Notes under the pieces: model-generated | Told to the model about the DNA's origin: nothing | Database searches by the model: none | Seen by the model: the letters and a program-made list of their open reading frames with translations, nothing else | Position numbers and translations under genes: made by a program | IMG/VR virus record: IMGVR_UViG_3300025598_000021 | DNA from: a virus | Direction: 5' to 3' (one strand) | Length of the DNA: 64,000 nucleotides | In this document: piece after piece, positions 37,744-48,237 of the stretch | How the letters are laid out: every line of letters starts with the position of its first letter | Position numbering within the stretch: the stretch's first letter is position 1

Positions 37744-37773
37744 CGCCGGTATATACTGGTCTGAGGGAGCCAT

Positions 37774-40700
37774 ATGGCAGGTAATACAGTATTTCAGCTC
37801 AAGCGCTCTAGCGTCGCAGGCAAGAAGCCTACAACATCAACGCTAAACACCGGCGAGCTCGCGTTAAACTTAACTGACCGCAAGCTGTATTCATCTGATG
37901 GCACGAACATCTTTGAGACCGGCGCGAATCTAACTACCCTAGTAGTCTCCACAAACACGACAGTCAACAACGTCATCTTTGGCACCGGCGGCATATACGC
38001 CAACGGTTCGTTCGGTGGCTCAGGTGCGACCCTGTTCTCTAACGGCTCTTCGGTGTACTGGGGAACTGGCGCAGGCACTGGTACTGTCACACAAGTAAAC
38101 AGCGGCAACGGCCTGTTCGGCGGTCCTGTCACGACAGTCGGTACGATATACGTACTAGCGAATACCGGTATCATATCTAATACGTCCGGCGTGTTCGTAG
38201 ATCCGGTGTACATCAACACGATCACCACGCCTCCTGGATCTAACACTCAGATCGTGTTCAACGACTCAGGCAAGTCTAACGCTCTAGCGTCGTTCACGTT
38301 CAACAAGACCACAAATACTCTATTCGTATCTAACACGATAAACACAATAACTGTCGTAGCGAATACTATCAACGCTAACGGCGGCGTCGGTACTCTCGGC
38401 CAGGTACTGACGTCTAACGGCACGAGCTCGTTCTGGAGCAGTCTAAACACATCCACGCCCGTCAGACAGCAGTACACAGGCGATGGGTCTACTACGTTAT
38501 TCTTTGTTACAGGCGGTTACACGCCTGGCACTCTATCAGTATACGTCAACGGCGTACTCTCGAGAAACACTACAGAAGTAACCGCGACAAACGGCAGCTC
38601 TATAACTTTTGCGACACCGCCGAACAACGGCGCGCTGATCGACGTCATAGGATACGTAAACAACCTCCCATACTCGAACTTCGGTCCGAGCATACTAGTA
38701 TCACAACAGTACACCGCGAACGGTACGGCTAACAGCTTCGCTATAACCGGCGGATACATTCCTGGCGGTGTTCAAGTATATCTAAACGGCGTCAAACAGA
38801 TACCGTTCGTTGACGTCGATATATCTTCTGGTGCCAACGTAAACTTCTATGTCACACCGTCTAACACATGGGCGATTGACGTATTTGGGTTTCAGTCTCA
38901 AATCATATCGGCATCTTCTGTTCCTGATCCGCTGGTGGCCAACAACCTCTATATCGGTGGTAACGTAACTGTAACTAAGAGCTCGTTTACTTTTGGCAAC
39001 AGCACAGTAAACACGAATATCAACACGAGCGGCATAACGTTTGGCAACAGCGTAGCCAACACGAGCATCAACTCCAACGGCGTCAATCTAAGTAACACAG
39101 TACTCTACATCGGTAACTCTTCAGTAAACGTCGTAATCAACTCATCTTCGGTTTATGTCAACGGCGGACCACTCAGCGGCACCAACACCAATGCCCAGTA
39201 CGTCTGGTCTAACGCTCATACGTTCAACGCGAACGTAAATATTAATGGCAACGTGACCATTAGTACATCTGCCGGCATATCGGCTAATGGTTCATATGGT
39301 ACTGCTGGTCAGGCGCTCCTGTCTAACGGCTCTACAGTATACTGGGGTGCCGCTGGGGTTAACACTTCCGCGCAGTACACTTGGACTAATACACAATCAT
39401 TTAGCGCTAATGTCGTACTAAACGGTAATGTCGTTATAAGCAATACTATATACGCTAACGGCTCGGCCGGTGTTGCTGGACAGATACTGGTATCCAATGG
39501 CGCTGGAGTATACTGGTCTAACGCCGCTACTACCATCAGACAGTCTTTTACAGGTAATGGTTCAGCGACGAACTTTGCGATCACCGGCGGCTATACGCCG
39601 TTGAATCTAGACGTGTACGTTAACGGCGTCAAGCAAGAGAGTGTAGTAGACGTAAACTTAAGCTCTGGCGCTAACATAGTATTCACCGTCGCTCCTCCAA
39701 ACGGGGCATACATTGACGTCGTAGGTCTATCGCCGACTACATACACCTATGCTAACACGTCTGCGCAGTATAGCTGGACTAACACTCAGACGTTCTCTAA
39801 CCTAGTTATGATATCGACTGCAGGTATATCTGCGAACGGCTCGTATGGCACGAACGGCCAGGTACTGACGTCTAACGGCAGCTCTGTATACTGGAGCAAC
39901 AGCTCAGTGTTTGTCAGACAGACATTCACCGGTACAGGTTCTGCAACAACGTTCACGGTCACCGGCGGTTATACGCCAAACAACCTAGACGTCTATCTTA
40001 ACGGCGTGAGACAGAGCAACCCGACCGACGTCAACACCGGTTCAGGATCGATCATAGTATTCTCTACACCGCCTATTAATGGTTCTACCATTGACGTAGT
40101 AGGCGTCGTGCCCCTAAACTATACTATAACTAATACCTCTGCGCAGTACACTTGGACTAACACACACTCATTCACCAACGCCATTACGGCCAACGTCATT
40201 AACGCTAATAATATTACATCATCTAATGGTCTATACTCTATCGGTCCATTTAATGGGAGTTATTCAGATGGTATAGTCACAGACTATGTTACAGGTAATG
40301 GCAGAATAAGCGTTGGTCCATTAGATAACTTAACTTTCTATACCGGAGGCGTCGCTGCAAATCAGACGATGATTATTAATGCGACTGGTGTGTTCGTTAA
40401 TGGTACGATAAACTCATATTCTACTACATCATCTAATGGTCTATACTCTATCGGTCCATTTAATGGAAGTTATTCAGATGGTACAGTAATAGACTATGTG
40501 ACAGGTAATGGACGTATATCTGTAGGTCCAGGAGATGGTTTAAGTATATATAATGCTGGTGTCGGAGCAAATGCAATGGTCACGATACTTGCTAATGGAA
40601 ATATGGGTATAGCCTGCACCTCTCCGACTGGATTATTAGACGTATCTTCACGTGGTATCACCAAAGGTTCGATGCCAGCTGGTTCTATTATTCAAGTAGT

Positions 40701-41106
40701 AAACGTTCCATTTACGAATGTTGTTTCTACAACTTCTGCAACTGCAACTAATGTACCAAATTTTGCAGTATCAATAACGCCAAGTTTAGTATCTAGTAAA
40801 ATTCTTTTAATAATAAATTGTCAAATTGGTATGTCTACTGCGGGTGACGCCTACTGTCGCGTACTACGCAATGGAACACTTATTGACTCTAGCACTTCCG
40901 GTTCGTTTGGACATACTGCAGGCCAATATAATTTATCAACTAGTGATGCAAGTATTTGTTTTTTAGATAGTCCGGCAACAACTTCTTCTGTGACTTATCA
41001 AGTTCAATTTTGGACTGGGGCTGGAACAGTTTACGTAAATGGTAGAGGATATGCAGGAGATCAAACTACTAGCAGTGATATCACAGTCATGGAGTTAGCT
41101 CAATGA
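37774..41106 (+). CDS. Long tail fibre/scaffold protein with four repeated beta domains (1110 aa)
   Basis: FQLKRS...GELALN N-terminus; four xQxYTG.G..T.F.VTGGY.P..L.VY.NGV repeats; C-terminal GSIIQVV...ITVMELA domain. Confidence 0.82.
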   Translation: MAGNTVFQLKRSSVAGKKPTTSTLNTGELALNLTDRKLYSSDGTNIFETGANLTTLVVSTNTTVNNVIFGTGGIYANGSFGGSGATLFSNGSSVYWGTGAGTGTVTQVNSGNGLFGGPVTTVGTIYVLANTGIISNTSGVFVDPVYINTITTPPGSNTQIVFNDSGKSNALASFTFNKTTNTLFVSNTINTITVVANTINANGGVGTLGQVLTSNGTSSFWSSLNTSTPVRQQYTGDGSTTLFFVTGGYTPGTLSVYVNGVLSRNTTEVTATNGSSITFATPPNNGALIDVIGYVNNLPYSNFGPSILVSQQYTANGTANSFAITGGYIPGGVQVYLNGVKQIPFVDVDISSGANVNFYVTPSNTWAIDVFGFQSQIISASSVPDPLVANNLYIGGNVTVTKSSFTFGNSTVNTNINTSGITFGNSVANTSINSNGVNLSNTVLYIGNSSVNVVINSSSVYVNGGPLSGTNTNAQYVWSNAHTFNANVNINGNVTISTSAGISANGSYGTAGQALLSNGSTVYWGAAGVNTSAQYTWTNTQSFSANVVLNGNVVISNTIYANGSAGVAGQILVSNGAGVYWSNAATTIRQSFTGNGSATNFAITGGYTPLNLDVYVNGVKQESVVDVNLSSGANIVFTVAPPNGAYIDVVGLSPTTYTYANTSAQYSWTNTQTFSNLVMISTAGISANGSYGTNGQVLTSNGSSVYWSNSSVFVRQTFTGTGSATTFTVTGGYTPNNLDVYLNGVRQSNPTDVNTGSGSIIVFSTPPINGSTIDVVGVVPLNYTITNTSAQYTWTNTHSFTNAITANVINANNITSSNGLYSIGPFNGSYSDGIVTDYVTGNGRISVGPLDNLTFYTGGVAANQTMIINATGVFVNGTINSYSTTSSNGLYSIGPFNGSYSDGTVIDYVTGNGRISVGPGDGLSIYNAGVGANAMVTILANGNMGIACTSPTGLLDVSSRGITKGSMPAGSIIQVVNVPFTNVVSTTSATATNVPNFAVSITPSLVSSKILLIINCQIGMSTAGDAYCRVLRNGTLIDSSTSGSFGHTAGQYNLSTSDASICFLDSPATTSSVTYQVQFWTGAGTVYVNGRGYAGDQTTSSDITVMELAQ
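40215..40530 (+). repeat. Internal direct duplication in the fibre gene (about 105 nt conserved, period 210 nt)
   Basis: TACATCATCTAATGGTCTATACTCTATCGGTCCATTTAATGG identical at 40215 and 40425. Confidence 0.9.
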
Positions 41107-41414
41107 TTCATGACGCAGTTAAAATAGTTCATCCTAATGCTGTAACTATATCTACAGGTAATGATATTATAGAAGCGTGGGATGAATCTGGTAAATTAAT
41201 CAATATTGATAAAAATAAAATAGATATCGAGATCGATCGTCTAAAGCAGGAGTACTTAAAGAGCGAGTACCAGAGATCTAGAAAGACAGAGTATCCGTCT
41301 ATAGAAGACCAGCTCGACATGCTCTGGCACGCGATAGACGAGGGTAAGCTGGACAAGAATTCAGAATTCTATACGTCTATCAAGACAGTTAAAAATAAAT
41401 ATAAGAAACCATAA
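41103..41414 (+). CDS. Fibre-associated chaperone-like protein
   Basis: YQRSRKTEYPSIEDQLDMLWH...VKNKYKKP; paralog of 53937..54260. Confidence 0.7.
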   Translation: MIHDAVKIVHPNAVTISTGNDIIEAWDESGKLINIDKNKIDIEIDRLKQEYLKSEYQRSRKTEYPSIEDQLDMLWHAIDEGKLDKNSEFYTSIKTVKNKYKKP

Positions 41415-41422
41415 GGTAAGTT

Positions 41423-42061
41423 ATGACACAGAACAGCCAACTAGGAACGCTAGCTCAGCTCGTCACGGTAAATACCGCGGCTAACTCTGTGCAATTTTCT
41501 AGTGGTTTTTCAGTAGGTAACGCTTCAGTTAATGTCGTTCATTCATCGACGGGATTTATAGTAAATGGAGTAAATGGATGGTTAGTACCGAGTGGTACTA
41601 TTCATACGTTTCAACAGTCTGCCGCTCCTACAGGATGGACAAAAGTTACTACATATCATGATTATGCGATGAGAATAGTATCTGGTTCTGTTGGAAATGG
41701 TGGATCTGTAGCATTCTCTTCCGCGTTTTCATCTCAGTCTGTCTCTGGTTCAATTAGTTCTGTTAGTGTTACTGGTACAAGTGATGGTCACACACTTTCT
41801 ACTTCAGAAATTCCAAGCCATCTTCATGGCGGCGGTGGTTATGAAACTATTCATATTCGTGGCAGCTTGGGTGGATATAGTAATGGTCCTCAAGCAGCTT
41901 CAGGAGGTGATGGATTTGCTGGATGGTATGATATAGGAGCGGGTGGTGGCGGTGCTCATAGCCATACATTCACGGCAACTTCTCATAATCACACATTCAC
42001 AGGTACTAATATAAATATGGCCGTAAATTATATTGACTTTATTCTAGCACAGGCAAATTAA
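41423..42061 (+). CDS. Short fibre with collar-like domain and His-x-His tip motifs
   Basis: PSGTIHTFQQSAAPTGWTK; HTLSTSEIPSHLH...GGAHSHT. Confidence 0.75.
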   Translation: MTQNSQLGTLAQLVTVNTAANSVQFSSGFSVGNASVNVVHSSTGFIVNGVNGWLVPSGTIHTFQQSAAPTGWTKVTTYHDYAMRIVSGSVGNGGSVAFSSAFSSQSVSGSISSVSVTGTSDGHTLSTSEIPSHLHGGGGYETIHIRGSLGGYSNGPQAASGGDGFAGWYDIGAGGGGAHSHTFTATSHNHTFTGTNINMAVNYIDFILAQAN

Positions 42062-42064
42062 ATT

Positions 42065-42388
42065 ATGGAATTAAAACCAGGAAAATATTGTCCTTTACTT
42101 AAAAAAGATTGTGTGCAGTTACAGTGTAACTGGTTCATTCAAGTTCGTGGTAAAGATATGAATACTGGTAAAGAGATTGATGAATGGGGATGTTCAATTG
42201 CGTGGTTACCACATTTATTGATTGAAAACGCAGGACAAGTTAGACAAGGTGCTGCTGCCACAGAAAGTTTTAGAAACGAAATGGTTAAAGCATCAGAGAA
42301 CAGTATTCAAGCTATGTTGCAAATAGCAAATAGTAATAGAGAAGAAAATAAAACTATGAGGCTGATAGATGCGTCTGACAATAATTAG
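42065..42388 (+). CDS. Cys-containing hypothetical protein
   Basis: CPLLKKDCVQLQCNW...WGCSIAWLP...ESFRNEMV. Confidence 0.7.
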   Translation: MELKPGKYCPLLKKDCVQLQCNWFIQVRGKDMNTGKEIDEWGCSIAWLPHLLIENAGQVRQGAAATESFRNEMVKASENSIQAMLQIANSNREENKTMRLIDASDNN

Positions 42389-42611
42389 AGAAGATAATGC
42401 TGTCTATGTAGATGGTATTGCTAAGAATATAGATTGTTCTGATTTACCTCCAGACTTTCATGCTTTACAATGGAATGGTTCTTCTGGTTGGATTGAATTT
42501 GTTAATAATTGTAAATTACAAGAAGAAATAACCGATATTTCAGATTATCAAAAATATATTGATATGTGGAATGCAAAAATCACACCAGTTTCTAATACAC
42601 AAGGTAACTAA
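42369..42611 (+). CDS. Small fibre-accessory protein
   Basis: MRLTIIREDNAVYVDG...HALQWNGSSGWIEF. Confidence 0.65.
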   Translation: MRLTIIREDNAVYVDGIAKNIDCSDLPPDFHALQWNGSSGWIEFVNNCKLQEEITDISDYQKYIDMWNAKITPVSNTQGN

Positions 42612-43105
42612 TGTCACAGAACCAACAGCTCAGTGTACTCGGTCAGTTCGTAACGGCAAACGCCACGACCAACACCGCCACGTTCTCAAACGCGGTAGTG
42701 GCTGTCACCGGCTCTTTCACTAACCACACTTATGCCAACGGTGAGGGTGTTGGTACCACATACCTGATAGACGACTTCTCTCATCAGTTCAACGGGTTCT
42801 CAAACACGTTCGCGCTTACAGTAAACAGCGTATCGATTACACCATCAAATCCGAGTATGATAAATATAGTTATAGGCGGGATTCCTGTCACTCCAGCCAG
42901 CTACATTAGAGACTTTCAGAACCTACCAGAGCTATATACGTTCAAGTCTGGGTTTGTAGTAAGTGGTTCCAACGTATCATTCTCGACCGCGCCGATGCCG
43001 GGCATGAGTTTCTACGGGACCTACAGGACCAGTCAAGACGCTGCACCCAGTTTTTCATATAAGCAGACCCCGTTTTCTGCGATAAATATAATGTTTGGAG
43101 CATAG
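42611..43105 (+). CDS. Virion adaptor protein
   Basis: MSQNQQL N-terminus; FNGFSNTFAL...VSFSTAP domain related to the repeats in 37774..41106. Confidence 0.65.
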   Translation: MSQNQQLSVLGQFVTANATTNTATFSNAVVAVTGSFTNHTYANGEGVGTTYLIDDFSHQFNGFSNTFALTVNSVSITPSNPSMINIVIGGIPVTPASYIRDFQNLPELYTFKSGFVVSGSNVSFSTAPMPGMSFYGTYRTSQDAAPSFSYKQTPFSAINIMFGA

Positions 43106-43117
43106 AGGAAATTTACA

Positions 43118-46100
43118 ATGGCAAGAAGAGTAATTCTCGATACACAATATACGTTCTCACCATCTACTCAGACAGTGACGATTCCAAGAGCGCTCCCGCG
43201 CGAGCGCCTACTTCTTATCACCAACGTTACTACCAATCAGGTGATCTACAACTTCAGCGATCCTGCGCTCACTGCTACTTCCTATTCCATAACACAGGGA
43301 ACGAACACGACCAATCCTGTAACTACGGTGACGCTGAGCTTCAACACCACTGCGATGCTTGCCACACATCAGCTCCAGATCGTAGTAGACGAACCCGCTG
43401 AGCTGTTCGCTCCAGATGAGGCGTTTCTAGATCCGGTAGGTAAGATCAGAACATCGCAACCTCAGGCCCTTATCGATACCGACTTTGAGTACGGTCTACA
43501 GCCTACCAAGTGGGAGACACTCACTCTCCTGAATAACCGCCCGAGCTTCTACGTCAACACTCAGTCGCCATTCGCGATCAACGGTGTGTTCGCTACAAAC
43601 AGCTCTACGACAGTATACGTATCTACACCGCTGCAGACTACTACCAGTATCCCGTTCCTGATGCAGGACTCTCTGTTCCAAGGCGGTAACGGCCCGTTCC
43701 TAGTTGAAAACTCATACGCAGCTGGTTCTAGCTACACCATCTCGGCCGCGGCCGCAGGAACATACGTAGCTGGACAGGGTCTCTCTGTCGTATTAAGCGT
43801 CACATCAGGTACCGGTTTCGTGGCGGGTGCGTACGTCACGATCGCCGGCATCACCGGCTCGCTCGCAGGCTACAACACCTCTTCTTCTAATCCAGCATAC
43901 GTTCTCGTCGGCGGCACTACTTCAATTACGGTGTTGTTCCCAGGTCTGACAAGCAGCCTAGGCACATCGATCGCCGGCTCACCTACTATCCAGCAGAGCT
44001 CGTACTTCACGTACACGGCCCGCTACGCGTTCACAGGCACAACGGGTCAGGTATACAACTCAGCGCTGACACAGGTCTATACTGGCTCGTTCTACACCGG
44101 CGCCGCGTACACCCTTCCATCTCAGCCGACAGTGTCCGGCAACACAATCACGGTGGCCACCACAGAGCCTCACGGCCTTCAGGTCGGTGACGGCTGCTAT
44201 CTTGCAAACTCATCGGTGACGTCTGGCGGACCTATCAACTCGTCGTATCAGGTCGCGGCCGTGACTAACAGCACGTCGTTCCAGATTCTGACTACGACTT
44301 CTCCTTCCGGCACGGTGACTAACGCAGCGGTCTATCCAAGACCTGACGGTGTGTACCTGCATCGCGCGTTCGACGGCGGTGTTCAGTTCACGACTGGTAA
44401 CCAGGCGCACAATAACCAGACGATTCGTCAGACTCGCAGATACTTCCGCTACCAGTCTGGTAAGGGCATTCAGATCTCTACTGGTACTATTCTCAAGCCA
44501 AACATAAACGTAGACGATATCAGCTCTTCCGGAACGACGGTGACTGTAACTACTAAAGTAGCGCACCAGATCAACCCAGGCGCGACCATCGTAGTTTCTA
44601 GCGCGAACGAGACGGCGTACAACGGCACGTTCGTGGTCACATCAGTGCTGAACGCTTTCCAGTTCACCTACACCGCTCTGTCTACTCCTTCTGCGACTCC
44701 GGCTACAGGCCTTCCGACAGTTTCAGTATCTAGTTGGTACGGGGCAGTTACTCGTCTCGGACTGTTTGATAACCAGAACGGAATGTTCTTTGAGTTCGAC
44801 GGTCAGACGCTGTATGCAGTTCGCAGGAGATCCACAGACCAGATCGCAGGTTGGGTGTCAGTCACCAACGGCTCGGCGGTGATCACCGGCGCTACAGTAA
44901 ACGGTGTTACGACTAAGTTCACCAAGCAGCTCGTTCCTGGAGACTTCATCGTCATCCGCGGCTCTTCTTATCGCGTTCTCGATATCCTGTCTGACACGTC
45001 GATGACGATAACTCCTCCGTATCGCGGCGCTACTCTAGTGGCTCCAAACTACGCCATCATATCTAAGACCGTAGAGGTGCGCGTGCCTCAGTCACAGTTC
45101 AACATCGACAAGCTAGACGGCACCGGTCCTTCCGGCCTAGTTCTAGACCTATCGAAGATGCAGATGTTCTACCTCGACTACTCGTGGTACGGCGCAGGCT
45201 CACTTCGCCTAGGGTTTAGAGACAGTCAGGGTAAAGTAATCTACGTGCACAGGTTCGTCAACAACAACCAAAACACCGAAGCGTGGATGCGCTCTGGTAA
45301 CCTACCTGCGCGATACGAGACAAACACGATCGCGCCAAAGACTCTACTCGGCGCTACTATAGACGGCGTCAACACTTCGATCCTTCAGGTGGCAAACACC
45401 ACAGGATTCCCAAGCAACGGCACGCTGCTGGTCGCAGACCCAGCGTCCTACGAGTACATCAGCTATACCGGACTGTCAGGCAACACATTCACCGGTCTAA
45501 CCAGAGGCAAGCTGTCTAACACGGTCGCCTCGGTGCTGACGACGAACAACTCAGCCACTCTTACAACGACCAGCGCGGTGACCGGCGTTCAACCCGGCAT
45601 GCTCGTGACAGGTACCGGCATTCCAAACGGCACGTACGTGTACTCTATCGTTCCTGGCGCTCCTAACAACAACATCGTCATGACTCAGGCGGCGACTGCG
45701 ACCGGCACTGTCACGATAAACGTAAATCAGATGGCGTCTGCCAACGCGCCTCACACGTACTCGGCCGCGGCTCCTATCGGCGTATATCTACACGCTCCAC
45801 AGTTCGCACCGACCATCTCTCACTGGGGTACTTCGGTCATCATGGACGGTCAGTTTGACAACGATAAGTCTTTGATCTTTACGTTCGGTGAGACGATCCA
45901 GACGACTGCCGTCGCCGGAAACGTATCGTCGGTGACTGTCACGTCTGGCTCTAACACGGTCAGCATCGCTAACACGGTTCCGATCTGGCCAGGAATGCTC
46001 GTGTCCGGCACGAACATCCCAGCAGGCACGTACGTGTACTCGGTGACTCCTGGGTCTACGAACAACAGCATCGTGTTGTCGCAGGCAGGTGCTGGAACAG

Positions 46101-46669
46101 GTTCCACTACGGTGCAGTACAACCAACAGGTAGCGATGTTCAGCGTGCGGTCTTCACCGGCGGTCGACTCCGGCGTTCCTAGCTCTCTAGGTCTTAAAGA
46201 GATCCTCAACCGCATGCAGCTGACTCTGAACTCGACAGACGCTCTCGTCAACGGCTCGTTCCTGATCCAGCTGATTCTAAACGGCACGCCGATAGCTTCT
46301 ACGTCGACGACCACCAGCTACACGGGTCCAAACGGCAACCTCAGCACGTTCGCGCGTATCGCTACCGGTACGTCTTCGCTCGCTCAGATCGCGGATCACA
46401 CCGGCCCGTGCTACGTATCAGGCGGTGAGGTGATCTACGGGTTCTACGCGGTTAACTCGGCGGGTTCTACCAACCAGTCGGTCATCACGGCCGATCTGAC
46501 GAAGCTCAGAGATCTTGGTAACTCTATCCTCGGCGGTGGTCTCACCAACACTCCAGGCACTAGTATCTACCCAGACGGGCCGGACGTACTGACAGTCGTC
46601 GCCACCAACATCGGCACGGCGAACGCAGTCGTTCAGGGTCGTCTATCTTGGACGGAAGCGCAGGCGTAG
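43118..46669 (+). CDS. Large virion structural protein (1183 aa)
   Basis: DPVGKIRTSQPQALIDTDFEYGLQPTKWE; RQTRRYFRYQSGKG; repeated beta inserts. Confidence 0.8.
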   Translation: MARRVILDTQYTFSPSTQTVTIPRALPRERLLLITNVTTNQVIYNFSDPALTATSYSITQGTNTTNPVTTVTLSFNTTAMLATHQLQIVVDEPAELFAPDEAFLDPVGKIRTSQPQALIDTDFEYGLQPTKWETLTLLNNRPSFYVNTQSPFAINGVFATNSSTTVYVSTPLQTTTSIPFLMQDSLFQGGNGPFLVENSYAAGSSYTISAAAAGTYVAGQGLSVVLSVTSGTGFVAGAYVTIAGITGSLAGYNTSSSNPAYVLVGGTTSITVLFPGLTSSLGTSIAGSPTIQQSSYFTYTARYAFTGTTGQVYNSALTQVYTGSFYTGAAYTLPSQPTVSGNTITVATTEPHGLQVGDGCYLANSSVTSGGPINSSYQVAAVTNSTSFQILTTTSPSGTVTNAAVYPRPDGVYLHRAFDGGVQFTTGNQAHNNQTIRQTRRYFRYQSGKGIQISTGTILKPNINVDDISSSGTTVTVTTKVAHQINPGATIVVSSANETAYNGTFVVTSVLNAFQFTYTALSTPSATPATGLPTVSVSSWYGAVTRLGLFDNQNGMFFEFDGQTLYAVRRRSTDQIAGWVSVTNGSAVITGATVNGVTTKFTKQLVPGDFIVIRGSSYRVLDILSDTSMTITPPYRGATLVAPNYAIISKTVEVRVPQSQFNIDKLDGTGPSGLVLDLSKMQMFYLDYSWYGAGSLRLGFRDSQGKVIYVHRFVNNNQNTEAWMRSGNLPARYETNTIAPKTLLGATIDGVNTSILQVANTTGFPSNGTLLVADPASYEYISYTGLSGNTFTGLTRGKLSNTVASVLTTNNSATLTTTSAVTGVQPGMLVTGTGIPNGTYVYSIVPGAPNNNIVMTQAATATGTVTINVNQMASANAPHTYSAAAPIGVYLHAPQFAPTISHWGTSVIMDGQFDNDKSLIFTFGETIQTTAVAGNVSSVTVTSGSNTVSIANTVPIWPGMLVSGTNIPAGTYVYSVTPGSTNNSIVLSQAGAGTGSTTVQYNQQVAMFSVRSSPAVDSGVPSSLGLKEILNRMQLTLNSTDALVNGSFLIQLILNGTPIASTSTTTSYTGPNGNLSTFARIATGTSSLAQIADHTGPCYVSGGEVIYGFYAVNSAGSTNQSVITADLTKLRDLGNSILGGGLTNTPGTSIYPDGPDVLTVVATNIGTANAVVQGRLSWTEAQA

Positions 46670-46672
46670 TAC

Positions 46673-47119
46673 ATGTCAGTAAACAAGCTACAGCTCGAGA
46701 CAGACGGACTGGTTGTTGGAGTCAACCAGCTCGTCACCTCGGGTAACGGTGTAAGCGTAGGAAACAACCTAGTAGTTCGCGGTAACACGTACCTCAGTCC
46801 GGCGTCCGGACTGTTCATCGGTAACTCGACGGTAAATGTGGTCGTCAACTCGTCCTCAGTGTACGTCAACGGCGGGCCACTGAGCGGCACAAACACTTCT
46901 GCCCAGTACACGTGGACCAACACGCACACGTTCAACGCGCAGGTCGTATTGAACTCACAGATAACGCTAGCTACTACGCCGTTCTACGAGAACGCGACTA
47001 ACGTTACAGCTAACTACACGATATCAAACGGCATGAACGCGTTCTCTGCAGGTCCTATAACGATAAACTCCGGCGTAGTGGTGACCGTACCGGTCGGCTC
47101 GACTTGGTCAGTAAGTTAG
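46673..47119 (+). CDS. Fibre connector protein
   Basis: Shares SSSVYVNGGPLSGTNT.AQY.W with the 1110 aa fibre; ends AGPITINSGVVVTVPVGSTWSVS. Confidence 0.7.
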   Translation: MSVNKLQLETDGLVVGVNQLVTSGNGVSVGNNLVVRGNTYLSPASGLFIGNSTVNVVVNSSSVYVNGGPLSGTNTSAQYTWTNTHTFNAQVVLNSQITLATTPFYENATNVTANYTISNGMNAFSAGPITINSGVVVTVPVGSTWSVS

Positions 47120-47129
47120 GAATTAAGAT

Positions 47130-48227
47130 ATGGCGTTAACACTCAGCGGTAACGGTGCGATAAGCGGTCCACTAAACCTAAACACAACCAACGCCGTGTC
47201 TATAGCTAACACGCTGAGCTTCGGCGACTCTACACAGATGAGTACGACTAACTCTCTTGGACCTAGAAATCGTATCATCAACGGTGACTTTAAGATATTT
47301 CAAAGATCAGCGACTGCTACAACAGTAACATTAAACGGTGTGGGTTATACAGGACCAGATAGGTTCTTTGTTTATCAGAATGGAACTGCCGGCGTACAAA
47401 CTACACAAGTTGCTTCAGGACTTACTGGATTTCAGTACGCACTAAAGTGGGGCAGACCAGTATCAAATACAACAACTGGTGTTACGGTTTTAGGTCAAGC
47501 ATTAGAAACTATAAATTCTGTAGATCTGCAAGGTCAGTCTGTCACTCTGTCTTTCTGGGCAAAAGCTGGCGCTAACTTCTCTGCTGCATCTAGTCAGATA
47601 TATGTTGCATTATACACTGGTACCGGAACAGATCAGTCTGCAGCAAATATGACTACAGGTTCATGGACAGGATCTGCTACACCTATAAGCGCGACTGCAA
47701 CTCTAACTACTTCATGGCAGAGGTTTTCATTTACTGCAACACTAGGTTCAACAGTAACACAGACAGGTGTCTATATAAACTGGTCTCCAGTGGGTACAGC
47801 AGGCGCTGATGACAACGTGTATATCACTGGTGTCCAACTAGAACAAGGTTCAGTAGCGACGCCGTTCGAACGTAGATCATATGGTATAGAGTTAGCGTTG
47901 TGTCAAAGATATTTCTTATCGTATTCAGGAAATAATCAAAATATTTGTTGTGGATCGGATAATGGCAATGCAGGCGCTCAAGGAAACGTTGTATTTCCTG
48001 TAACAATGAGGGTTGTACCTACTGCTTCTGTTAGTTCGGTAAGTCATTTCAGTTGGTATGCTAGTAAATCAGCGACAATTGTTGTTTTATCATCAATAAC
48101 TCATTGGAATTTATCTACTACTGGAGATGTTTTTGTTTTTACTGTAGGCAATCAAGGCGTTGGAGTTCCATACTCTGTATACATAAACACCGCTTCTGGT
48201 TATCTTTGGTACAACGCAGAATTATAA
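47130..48227 (+). CDS. Fibre/adhesin with carbohydrate-binding-like domain
   Basis: RNRIINGDF..FQR...VTLSFWAK...GVQLEQGSVATPFERR..ELALCQRY. Confidence 0.75.
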   Translation: MALTLSGNGAISGPLNLNTTNAVSIANTLSFGDSTQMSTTNSLGPRNRIINGDFKIFQRSATATTVTLNGVGYTGPDRFFVYQNGTAGVQTTQVASGLTGFQYALKWGRPVSNTTTGVTVLGQALETINSVDLQGQSVTLSFWAKAGANFSAASSQIYVALYTGTGTDQSAANMTTGSWTGSATPISATATLTTSWQRFSFTATLGSTVTQTGVYINWSPVGTAGADDNVYITGVQLEQGSVATPFERRSYGIELALCQRYFLSYSGNNQNICCGSDNGNAGAQGNVVFPVTMRVVPTASVSSVSHFSWYASKSATIVVLSSITHWNLSTTGDVFVFTVGNQGVGVPYSVYINTASGYLWYNAEL

Positions 48228-48237
48228 AGGTAATTAA

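Noticed and set aside
40215-40530. Duplicated segment as a DGR template/variable repeat
   Set aside because: Both copies are in frame in one gene and the mismatches are not restricted to adenines
35173-46935. Many minus-strand ORFs of 60-150 aa over the fibre genes
   Set aside because: Shadow frames of biased N/T/V/G-rich coding sequence, without SDs or recognisable motifs
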